A DNA stretch of 63,174 nucleotides, the filler included, from Nemertoderma westbladi (Eukaryota; Animalia; Xenacoelomorpha), in the NCBI GenBank assembly GCA_032718475.1. It is 4 parts of 4 records of this genome, joined end to end, with 100 filler letters (N's around TTAATTAATTAA, not from the genome) between each part and the next. Parts side by side here need not be neighbours in the genome. Positions count along the whole stretch, not along the records: positions 30,826 to 53,333 come from JAUCBJ010007882.1; positions 53,434 to 63,174 come from JAUCBJ010004095.1; 2 more parts are not named here. One strand, given 5' to 3'. The first letter of the stretch is position 1. Each line of letters starts with the position of its first letter. A program made the translations under genes and the position numbers. Below, in pieces: positions 52,490-63,174 of the stretch. Below the pieces are notes generated by a model. It saw only the letters and a list, made by a program, of their open reading frames with translations, was not told the origin of the DNA and ran no database searches.

Positions 52490-52550
52490 ACTGAGTGAAC
52501 TCGGTACCTAGATATTCCAAGTCCAACGCTCTACCAACTTCGCCACTTCA
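52490..52550 (-). mobile_element. Degenerate tRNA-derived SINE head or tRNA pseudogene
   Basis: The reverse strand reads GTGGCGAAGTTGGTAGAGCGTTGGACTTGGAAT...CCGAGTTCAC (A-box plus decayed B-box). Confidence 0.4.
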
Positions 52551-53333
52551 CACAACAACAACAAAAACAACAGCAACGGAGTGATACTAGAGGTCTCACT
52601 ACGCGGACCGTTGTGTCTTATAGGAAGTAAGGCTGAAAGCAGCAGTTTTCGCTTTGCGATTATTTTACAAGAACGGTAATAAGTTTACGTAATGTAAAAA
52701 AAACTCCTAAGAAAGGTTGTCACAGTTGTGATTAACACATTAAATAATATCTAAAATTATTTATGTTTGTTGAACATGTGTATTATTGAACCCTATCGCA
52801 TAATTTAATGTCAATAAATTAATTTAGCTACAACAAGGGCGCCTGTTTTCCGAATCTATTCACGGGCTGGTCAATAAATTCTCAATGCACATATTTTTAT
52901 TAAATTCTCATGGTGCTTTTGACCGTTGGCTTGCGAAATAGCATTCAGTTGGTGATTTCGAATTTATTCTCCGCCCAGGAGGAGGTCATTTTGCGTGCCC
53001 TTATAGCATCGTCGGGTAATAATATCGTGATCTCGGTAGCACGCTGCTATCAATATGCTCAGATTGCCGTCTGTGCTGCCCTTTTAGGAAAGGCTTTTTC
53101 ATCCCGTGCGATTCAATCAATGTCCTGTGGTTAGTGGTAAATGGCACGCGGCATTCTATCTCAATGAATTGCGGAGCGCATACACTCACGCCGAGCTATT
53201 TATCATGGCCCTTTTGTTAAAAAACATTTCGCATTAGAAACCTACTGGTAGGTAGTTCTTATATTTCCCTACGTACCAAATTCGGAAAGTTAGTGGCAGT
53301 TTCTGGTCAGCTGACTTTTTATCCGAAATCTAT

Positions 53334-53433
53334 NNNNNNNNNNNNNNNNNNNNNNNNNNNNNNNNNNNNNNNNNNNNTTAATTAATTAANNNNNNNNNNN
53401 NNNNNNNNNNNNNNNNNNNNNNNNNNNNNNNNN
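53334..53433. other. Artificial contig-joining spacer
   Basis: N44-TTAATTAATTAA-N44. Confidence 0.98.
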
Positions 53434-53870
53434 AGCTCTCGGGGCAAATACCACACCCTGGTTTGCCATTCCACAGGGTGGGTGTCGCAATGGAGTCAGA
53501 TATGAGGCCTATCACCCATATCTACTCTGGCGCACATGACCCACCATTGGCTGTTGCAGCTCATCTGCTGGGTCATGCCCTGTACCCTTGCTGCCAGGTG
53601 CAGGTCGCAGTGAAGTGCTCCCAGAGTGGACATGAGAACACTCTACTCCTGACCAGCCATTGGTAGATCACCATCTGCCTGGTCAGGCCATATACCCCTG
53701 CAGCCAAGTATATGGGTCCTTAATCCAGGACCAAGGGCGTCCTTATCCCAGAACGAAGGGGGTCCTAGTTACAGGACCAGATTTGCCCTAGTAAGAGGGT
53801 CTATGCAGCTACAGGTGGCACCTCCTTTATGCTGCATGGAGGTGGCAAGTTTTCTTGATCAATGACCTAG
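53434..53870 (-). mobile_element. GC-rich structured segment, possibly the 5'UTR of an RTE-type retrotransposon
   Basis: The reverse strand has GGAATGGCAAACCA...GTATTTGCC, which recalls the RTE/Bov-B 5' motif. There are several hairpins, and the contig ends before any ORF. Confidence 0.3.
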
Positions 53871-53894
53871 AATACCTGACCTGACCTGATCTTT

Positions 53895-54316
53895 AATCTA
53901 GATATGGTTAGGCTAGCGTAGTTTTTCGAGAAACTGCTACCCATGGCTGCGCCTCGTAATTGAAGGTATAGTGTGTTATCAAAAGTGAAGTAGTTATGTT
54001 CAAGTATAAATCGGACGAGTAGTATAAAGTTATCTAATGAGATGAGTGTTTGTTGTGTGAAGTGCGTGTCCTCGGAGAGTGCTTGTCGTAGTGCCCTACA
54101 TCCTACATCATGGGTAATGTTAGTGTACATGTCTACTACGTCCAGTGAATTCAGAGTGCAGTCGGGTCCAATATCTTTAGGGAGGGCTGATAGGAAGTCG
54201 TCTGTCCCTTTCAAGTTAGACTCCAGGCGAGTGACCGCGGGTTCTAGAAGGTCGTTAGCAAAGCGGGAAAGTGGGTGTAGAAGGGTGCCCATGGTGGCAA
54301 CTATAGGTCTGCCCTT
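53895..54316 (-). mobile_element. Penelope-like element reverse transcriptase fragment
   Basis: GRPIVA, SLDVVDMYTNI, NYFTFDNTLYLQLRGAAMGS are PLE RT motifs. Confidence 0.88.
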
Positions 54317-54516
54317 AGGTAAGAGTCTATATTCCTATATTTGTACTTCAGATTGACAGCTTACAACTAACTCGGTGTATTTTCCCTATCACAATTACCT
54401 TACGTTATACAGTACATACATACACGTTAACCTTTCTGGGATTCACCTATCAGGTATTCCCCTTTAAAACTTATATATATATATATAGACCCCCACCTTT
54501 TCCTGTTAGTTGCCAG

Positions 54517-54563
54517 TACATAGTCTGATGCAGACCGGTAGGTCGAAAACGTTTACTATTGTA
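54517..54563 (+). ncRNA. Minimal type I hammerhead-ribozyme-like motif in a probable Penelope pLTR
   Basis: ATAGT-CTGATGCA-GACC(GGTA)GGTC-GAAA-ACGT-TT-ACTAT: helix I ATAGT/ACTAT, helix II GACC/GGTC, palindromic helix III. The core differs from CUGANGA by one base. Confidence 0.7.
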
Positions 54564-54659
54564 TCTTTATCTAATATAATATAACCAGCTAAAGACCCTC
54601 AATACTTTATTTTTTCTATCGTAATATTAACGCCGAGATTTTTCTATCTCACCCGTCTA

Positions 54660-56180
54660 TACCTCTCATCAAAAACTGATCCTCACTGATGGTGACATTA
54701 ACGCTGCAACACAACTTCTAACAGATACCATCAGTGCCTGTGTTAACAAACCTAAACCTAGGATCCATGGTCAACCTTGGTTTGATCGTGACTGTGTCGA
54801 TTTAAAACAATGCGTAGTTTCAGCCATGGTTGTTCGAAACTCACCTCAAGAGAATCAACAACAATACTGGACTTTCCAGCGTCAATTCGAAGCCTTAATT
54901 AAATGCAAGCGGAACAAATTCGATTAAGAAAGTTTAATGAAACTCGTTGGAGAATCCGAGATTGATCCGTGGGTTTTAAATAAGAAGAAAACACGATCAA
55001 TCGCACCAATCGAAGCGACTACTCTCGAAAAACATTTCAGTAACCTACTGGGAGTGATCCTCCCTAATGATCCTCCTTGTGTTCCGTCTGTACATGTGAC
55101 TAGCATGGACGAACTCTGAGAAAACTGTTGGTTTAACGAGCCGTTTACCAAGCCGTTTATACAAGCGCAAGGGGGTGATCATTGACCCGGATCAGCGACT
55201 AGGTCAGGTATCACTCTTATCTCGGTATTTCTAAAGACAATGACTTCGATCATCAACAATCGTGTTCGGAAGTCGATTGCAGCGGAACTCCCTCCGGAAC
55301 AGTACGGTTTCTCACCAGGCAAGTCAACGACTGATGCAATCAAGATACTTCTCAAGGAAATTGAAAATGCACTTAAGTCACCTCGGCGATCCGACCGAAA
55401 AATATATGCACTATTTGTCGACTTCCGAAAGGCATTCGACTGCATGAACAGAACAGTTCTTCTGTCAAAGATATACAAAATCGGTATAAAGGGAAAATTA
55501 TTCAATCTTGTACGAGACCTGCTACATAACTACATCCGAGTTTCTGACCGCCTGCAACTTTCTAGGGCGATCACACAACTGAGGGGGATATTGGAGGGAG
55601 ACTGTTTCTCTCCAACCTGTGATTTTCATTGCGGACCTGGCGTTAGTTCTACGACAATCAATCAATTTTCTAAAATTCGTATTTTACACTGACGACCTGG
55701 TTATTTTCTCCCCGGACAAAGAAGGGATTCAACATGCTATGGATATTTTACATAGATGGTGTACGGAAAATGCTATGGAAGTAAACCTGGTTAAAACAAA
55801 AATAATAAAATTTCGAAAAGCGGGACAATTAGCTCAATCCGACAAATTTACATATAGTGAAAATAATATTACAATCTGAAAGTGTTAACACCCAGCCCTT
55901 TCATGATCTAGACTCGACCTGTATCTGTCGATTCTGTTATCAACCCTGCTCTTATCGGTATCACTGTCTAGAATGTCCGACGGTGTCGCAGCTTGCATCT
56001 AGTTAAACCTCCCACCATATGAATTAATAATCGATACCCTCCTAGCGAACTCCTATTCTAATTGTTTTTGTGCTATTTATATACATATATTATGTTGTTA
56101 ATGTTAATTGTTAACTAATAATTATTATTAATATAGATTTACCTCGACCGGAGGTGTATAGAAAAAATATTTAAATTAAA
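54660..56180 (+). mobile_element. Degenerate APE-type LINE (family C), RT region and 3' end
   Basis: QPWFDRDC, EQYGF..GKST, FVDFRKAFD, YTDDLVIF and NLVKTK lie across the frameshifted ORFs 55240..55692 and 55619..55879. Confidence 0.82.
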
Positions 56181-56182
56181 TA

Positions 56183-58675
56183 TACTACTACTACTACTAC
56201 TAGGTCGAGCGAACTCGGACAGTGGAAATGAGATCCTTCCAGGCTTCCCGATTCTCCATAGTTGTCGCAATTTCGTTTCTCCCAAGTTCAGTATCCCTTT
56301 CAAGTTGATCTATATATGTTATGGCCGGTCGTCCACGACTACGCTTTCCATGAGTTGGTTGCCAGAAAAGTAGATCTGGTATGTCCTCGTCTTTACTTCG
56401 CCAGCAGTGCCCACTGAATCTTAATCTGCGTTCACGGAGGGTGGTTGATACAGGTGGTATTGTACCATAAAGCTCAGCGTTTGTCATGTGTTGTCTCCAG
56501 CTGATGTTTAGGGCTGCCTTTAGTAGTCTTGTATAGCAACCATCAATTCGTTGTTCAAGTGATTTAGTCAGTGTCCAGGTCTCACCCCCGTAGAAAAATA
56601 CACTTTCCACTGTGGCTCGAAAGAACTTAGGCTTCAGGTGCCTGGAGAGATCTGATTTCCAGATGGTATTCATTTTTGATAGAGATACCCAAGCCTTTGC
56701 TTTCCTAACTTCTATGAACTTTTTGCTACTCTCTATACAAGGTACTGGAAGTCGTTGATCTTCCTTAGTTGATTATTATCAATGGTTGTCAAGTTTCCAT
56801 CAACATTAAAAGTCATGAATTCGGTCTTGGTAGCATTTATATGCAATCCAACCTCCTTAGCAGCCCTTATTTAGTAGAAGCTGTGCATCTGCTAGCGTAT
56901 TAGAGAGCAGGGAAATGTCATCCGTAAAGTCGGTGTCTGTGACTGTAGTTGCCGGATATCTACTACTTCTGCGTTCTTGAAGTGTGAATCCCAGGTCTTC
57001 ACCCTTTGTGGCCGTCCTCATTGCGAAATCCAGTACAATTACAAATAGTAATCGTGCTAATGTGTCACCTTGCAGTACGCCAGCCAGTATTGAGAAAAGC
57101 TCAGTTTCACCATCTGGTGAGAGTACCTGTGCTTCTGTGTCACAATATAACAATCCAATGCCAGCAACAATTACTTCTGGTATTCCATAAGCTCTTAGTA
57201 TTTCAATCATTTTACCTCTATGGATGAAGTCGAATGCCTTCTTGAAGTCCACAAAAGTCATGACTGCGGGGAGATTCTTTGACTTAATTCCAGTCATTAA
57301 TTCCAGTCTTAACTCAGTCTCCGTAGTGCAAGTATCTGAGCTATTGTTGATCTACTTGGTCGAAATCCGTTTTGGCTCTTACGCAGTAGTTTCGAAATCC
57401 GTTTTGGCTCTTATGCAGTAGATTCTCTATGTGAGGCCTAATCCTTTATAGAATCATTTTATTGTATATTTTGGCAGCTACCACAAGCAAACAGATCCCA
57501 CGATAGTTTGTTGGTATGCCGAGGTCTCCTTTCTTGGGGAGAGGCTTTAGTTGACCTTTAGTCCAAATTGGTGGTGGCTTTTCCCCTTTTAACATCCGGT
57601 TGCAAACATTCAATAATGGTCTGTTTAGCACTCCTGTTTTCCATACCTCCACTGGGATTTCATCTAATCCACTCGCTTTATTATTGGACATGCTTTTAAT
57701 GCTTCTTTGGAGTTCGGCAGGTGTGAAGTCCCCTGTCTCTATAGGTAGTGTCTTGTCATATATTTTCCTTGTAGGGCTGACCTCGATGTTTGGTGGCCGC
57801 CCAAGCAAGTAGCTGAAGTGATATTTCCACTTCCCAACACGTTCTTCAGGACTATCGGCTTTGAGGCGCCCCTTTTCACAACTTTTCCGACCAGATACCT
57901 CATTTACAGTTTGCCAGGTAAGTCTTGATTGTTGCTGTATGTGAGCAGTGGTAATTGCTTCAATTGTATCCTGTATGTACTTTTCCAAGCTGATGTTGCA
58001 GGCCAATTTAAGATCGCTTAGCTTTCTCAACCTTGTTAATGTTTTCTGTTGTTGGTTGTTCGGTTTTAACTTTGTAGGCTATCTTAAGATCTTCTCTTTT
58101 ACAAGTAACCTCAGAGTTTTGCCATGGCACATACTGTTTTCGTTTAGGTTTCTGGGGGATATGCCTCTTAGCTGATTCCTTGTGGGCTTTTATTATATTC
58201 TGGTATATTGAATCGGTGGACTGGTCTTCATCCATTGACTGAAGTGCTTCAAAGCGGTTTTGAACTTCTACTGTGTAAGCATCCTTTACTGCATTGTCAG
58301 TTCTGAGTTTCTCCCAGTATGATTTGCTTGCTTGTCCTGGGTTTGCTGGCTCTCAAACTGAGTCTGATCTCTGCAGTTACAATTCTGTGGTCCGAACAAA
58401 TTAGGTTGAACGAGCTGTATGCTTCGCAGTTGATCATCTGTTTCTCCACTTTTTGTCTAAGGATGTAATTCAGTTGTGCTTTGGTTCCATTAGGGTATTG
58501 AAAGGTCCATAGCTTCCCCTTACTCTTTTCGAATGTGTTGTTTGTTGGTATCAATTCACATTCTTCCATTAGGTCTAAAAGTAAGTACCCATTTATGTTA
58601 GAACTGGTGTTATAGGTGTAGCCCTTGATGTCTTCTGGGCCAATTTGCGCATTCAGGTCACCAGCAATGACTGGA
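56183..58675 (-). mobile_element. RTE-like LINE family B, endonuclease-to-3'-end copy, frameshifted
   Basis: AGDLNAQIG and SDH (APE domain), KASGLDEIP, LPKKGDL..NYRGI, VDFKKAFD, GVLQGDTLA, DFTDD; (CTA)n tail at 56183-56202. Confidence 0.93.
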
Positions 58676-59085
58676 TCATTTAAATTAAATATAATCTAGA
58701 GACAATCTGACGGATACGGCGTTGCTGTTTTACACACTCATATAGAACCAAACCCGGAGGGCCCAGGAAATAAAAAAAAATACCTTACAATAATAATTAC
58801 AATAATATATATTTCACCTGATAGTTAAACAATAAATTATTCCAAGAATAAATTAATGCTAAATTAAATAGCAAGTTTTATATCATCAACGAAATAATAC
58901 TGAAACATTTGATTACCAAATAATTAATAAAATGAGACGCGGAATTAAGATTAGTTAATTTGTCATGTTCATTATAAAACTTGCTAATAATTACCAAAAT
59001 AAATAACATTACAAAATAAATTATATAACGATGCATCGTATATCATCACGTAATTAAAGGTTAGTGAATTGCCCATTACAGTGAC

Positions 59086-62030
59086 TCGCCCACCCCACTA
59101 ACAGAGACCGCCCACCCCACTAACAGAGACCGACCACCCGCCCCACTAACAGAGACCGCCCGCCCCACTAACAGAGACCGCCCACCCGCCCCCACTAACA
59201 TAGACCGCCCGCCCCACTAACAGAGACCGACCCACCCCACTAACAGAGACCGACTACCCGTCCCACTAACAGAGACCGCCCACCCCACTAACAGAGACCG
59301 CCCACCCCACCAACAGAGACCGCCCACCCCACTAACAGAGACCGACTACCCGTCCCACTAACAGAGACCGCCCACCCCACTAACAGAGACCGCCCACCCC
59401 ACCAACAGAGATCGCCCACCCCACTAACAGAGACTGACCGCCCAACGAACAGAGACCGCCCACCCCACTAACAGAGGAGACTGACCACCCCATTAACAGA
59501 GACCGCCAACCCAACTAACAGAGACTGACCACCCACCCCACTAACAGAGACCGCCCGCCCCACTAACAGAGACTGCCCGCCCCACTAACAGAGACCGCCC
59601 GCCCCACTAACAGAGACCGCCCACCCCACTAACAGAGACCGACCGCCCATCCCACTAACAGAGACCGACCACCCACCCCACTAACAGAGACCGCCCGCCC
59701 CACTAGCAGAGACCGCCCGCCCCACTAACAGAGACCGCCCACCCGACTAACAGAGACTGCCCACCCCACTAACAGAGACCGCCCACCCCACTAACAGAGG
59801 AGACTGACCACCCCATTAACAGAGACCGCCAACCCAACTAACAGAGACTGACCACCCACCCCACTAACAGATACCACCCACCCCACTAACAGAGACTGCC
59901 CGCCCCACTAACAGAGACCACCCGCCCCACTAACAGAGACCGCCCACCCCACTAACAGAGACCGACCGCCCACCCCACTAACAGAGACCGACCGCCCGCC
60001 CCACTAACAGATACCGCCCACCCCACTAACAGAGACCGACCGCCCACCCCACTAACAGAGACCGACCGCCCACCCCACTAACAGAGACCGACCACCCACC
60101 CCACTAACAGAGACCGCCCGCCCCACCTCACTAACAGAGACCGACCCCCCCACTAACAGAGACTGCCCGCCCACTAACAGAGACCGACCACCCGCCCCAC
60201 TAACAGAGACTGCCCGCCCCACTAACAGAGACCGACCACCCCACTAACAGAGACCGCCCACTCCACTAACAGAGACTGCCCGCCCCACTAACAGAGACCG
60301 CCCGCCCCACTAACAGAGACCGCCCACCCCACTAACAGAGACCGACCGCCCACCCCACTAACAGAGACCGCCCCCACCCCACTAACAGAGACTGCCCGCC
60401 CCACTAACAGAGACCGCCCACCCCACTAACAGAGACCGACCACCCCACTAACAGAGACCGCCCACCCCACTAACAGAGACCGCCCACCCCACTAACAGAG
60501 ACCGACCGCCCACCCCACTAACAGAGACCGACCACCCACCCCACTAACAGAGACCGCCCACCCCACTAACAGAGACCGCCCACCCCACTAACAGAGACCG
60601 ACCGCCCCACTAACAGAGACCGACCACCAGCCCCACCAACAGAGACCGCCCACCCCACTAACAGAGACAGCCCGCCCACCCCACTAACAGAGACCGACCC
60701 ACCCCACTAACAGAGACCGCCCGCCCCACTAACAGAGACCGCCCGCCCCACTAACAGAGACCGACCGCCCCACTAACAGAGACCGCCCACCCCACTAACA
60801 GAGACCGACCGCCCACCCCACTAACAGAGACCGACCACCCACCCCACTAACAGAGACCGCCCGCCCCACTAACAGAGACCGCCCACCCCACTAACAGAGA
60901 CCGACCAACCCACTAACAGAGACTGCCCGCCCCACTAACAGAGACCGCCCGCCCCACTAACAGAGACCGCCCGCCCCACTAACAGAGACCGCCCACCCCA
61001 CTAACAGAGACCGACCGCCCACCCCACTAACAGAGACCGACCACCCACCCCACTAACAGAGACCGCCCGCCCCACTAACAGAGACCGCCCACCCCACTAA
61101 CAGAGACCGCCCACCCCACTAACAGAGACCGCCCACCCCACTAACAGAGACCGCCCGCCCCACTAACAGAGACCGCCCACCCCACTAACAGAGACCGCCC
61201 ACCCCACTAACAGAGACCGCCCACCCCACTAACAGAGACCGCCCGCCCCACTAACAGAGACCGCCCACCCCACTAACAGAGACCGGCCGCCCACCCCACT
61301 AACAGAGACCACCCACCCCACTAACAGAGACCGGCCGCCCACCCCACTAACAGAGACCGGCCGCCCACCCCACTAACAGAGACCGCCCACCCCACTAACA
61401 GAGACCGACCGCCCCACTAACAGAGACCGACCACCCGCCCCACTAACAGAGACCGCCCACCCCACTAACAGATACAGCCCGCCCACCCCACTAACAGAGA
61501 CCGCCCACCCCACTAACAGAGACCGCCCGCCCCACTAACAGAGACCGCCCGCCCCACTAACAGAGACCGACCGCCCCACTAACAGAGACCGCCCACCCCA
61601 CTAACAGAGACCGACCGCCCACCCCACTAACAGAGACCGACCACCCACCCCACTAACAGAGACCGCCCGCCCCACTAACAGAGACCGCCCACCCCACTAA
61701 CAGAGACCGACCACCCCACTAACAGAGACTGCCCGCCCCACTAACAGAGGAGACTGACCACCCCATTAACAGAGACCGACCGCCCACCCCATTAACAGAG
61801 ACCGCCCGCCCCACTAACAGAGACCGACCACCCGCCCCACTAACAGAGACCGCCCGCCCCACTAACAGAGACCGCCCACCCCACTAACAGAGACCGACCG
61901 CCCCACTAACAGAGACCGCCCACCCCACTAACAGAGACTGCCCGCCCCACTAACAGAGACCGCCCACCCCACTAACAGAGACCGACCCGACCCCACTAAC
62001 AGAGACCGACCACCCCACTAACCGCCCACC
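59086..62030. repeat. 22/26-bp C-rich minisatellite, ~125 copies
   Basis: Unit CCGCCCACCCCACTAACAGAGA with a variable C-rich part. Confidence 0.98.
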
Positions 62031-62830
62031 AGTCCCGTTTTAAACTTTGCTTTTAGTTGGCTTGTTTTGCTATATTAATTAACTAAAAAAATATAATCGC
62101 GAATATTTAGCTGAGATGATATTTATTTCATTGTTTATAATTTATTAATTGATACAGTTCGATATTAATATAATTATTTATTAATTACGTACCACGTATA
62201 TATAAAACTTAAAGGCGCCGTAAGAAATGCTAAACGGCTAAAATGTGCAGAAAATATAACTGAATTATCAATAAATCAAAATTGCGTCAGTATAAAGGGT
62301 AATATTTTATTACGTAAAATAAGGAACAATGGGTGCGGTGTCTGTCTGCGAACTAACTATAGGAATAACTAACTAACCAACCGTAGGATACGCACAACAC
62401 TGCAGGCAGCAAGAGTTCACTCGCTGGTCATACAACCTGCAAAAATAAGTAAAAAATTAATCATTAATTACAACGACTTCTAGAACAAATCGATTTAAAT
62501 AAGTTATAATTACAGTACAGGAGAAAGGGGGGTGGGTGGGGGGATTTATATCTCGCCTCCATGTTAAATTATTATCAATTAAAGGAAAGGAGCAGGTTAC
62601 AGTGGCACTTTACTCTAACCAAAACAATAAACTAAAGTAAACTGTAGTCAGCTGCTATTTTATGTCGATTTATCCTCTTAAGACGGATGAATATTTATTG
62701 CGTCGATACCACCCCCCCCCCCCCCTTTATCGGAATTACAAACTCTATATCCAAAATTATGAATCTATTCTAGAAGTATTATTATTATTTTATAAAATGC
62801 AGTTTCGCCCAGAAAATATTAATGTTTCCC

Positions 62831-63174
62831 TCAGAGATCGCCGTCGTGGATCGGGTCGACAGCAGTTTGATGCGAAGAGAGTTTCGAGTGTAAACTCTTA
62901 CTCTTGGAGAGGCCGGAAACGGGGGCTGTAGGGGTCGAACCGGGGCCCTCCTCCGTGGGAGTAGTGGGCGCCGTTGTCGGGAGTTGACGCCCGCTGGGCG
63001 CGTCTAGGAGGGTGGGCGGGGGCGCCACTATGGCGGAACGCTCCTCTTTAACTCGCTCGAAACACGCGTACAGAAAGGCGAAGTACGGAGTGGAAACGCG
63101 AACGCAACGAGGTTTCTTGTTCTTACGAGAATATTCGAAGAGGAAGGACATCCCTTCTTCGTCAGTATCGAAGG
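62831..63174 (-). CDS. SNX27: Sorting nexin-27, 3' coding exon (partial; end of FERM-like domain plus tail)
   Basis: The frame is open to the window edge: [41 protein letters not shown] versus SNX27 [41 protein letters not shown]. Confidence 0.9.
   Translation of the reverse strand, partial: FDTDEEGMSFLFEYSRKNKKPRCVRVSTPYFAFLYACFERVKEERSAIVAPPPTLLDAPSGRQLPTTAPTTPTEEGPGSTPTAPVSGLSKSKSLHSKLSSHQTAVDPIHDGDL

Noticed and set aside
1882-62030. CRISPR-like interpretation of the arrays
   Set aside because: The repeats are head-to-tail with no unique spacers, no cas genes are present, and the DNA is eukaryotic with spliceosomal introns.

Overview
This is AT-rich animal (probably invertebrate) nuclear DNA. 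It consists of four contigs joined by artificial N44-TTAATTAATTAA-N44 spacers at 13212, 30726 and 53334. The spliced genes I can reconstruct by hand are all on the minus strand: an MPDU1 with an intronless CDS, seven consecutive exons of a DNAH5/DNAH8-type axonemal dynein heavy chain, exon 1 of a SUMF/FGE-family gene, a complete five-exon DECR2 ending in -SKL, and the 3' end of SNX27. Two beta/gamma-crystallin-domain exons lie antisense inside a dynein intron. About 22.5 kb (roughly a third of the window, hand estimate) is made of 13 unrelated tandem arrays with units of 5-72 bp. Many are intronic, and two have a visible parent sequence (a SINE segment, and the subterminal repeat of a TIR element). 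The rest is a transposon mosaic: two RTE-like LINE families with (TAG)n tails, a CRE-like RLE retrotransposon nested in a long-TIR element and itself interrupted by an RTE, a Penelope-like fragment with an inverted pLTR carrying a minimal hammerhead motif, a tRNA-derived SINE, and MITEs. Most long ORFs in the supplied track are repeat artefacts. Family assignments come from motifs I recognise from memory, not from database searches.
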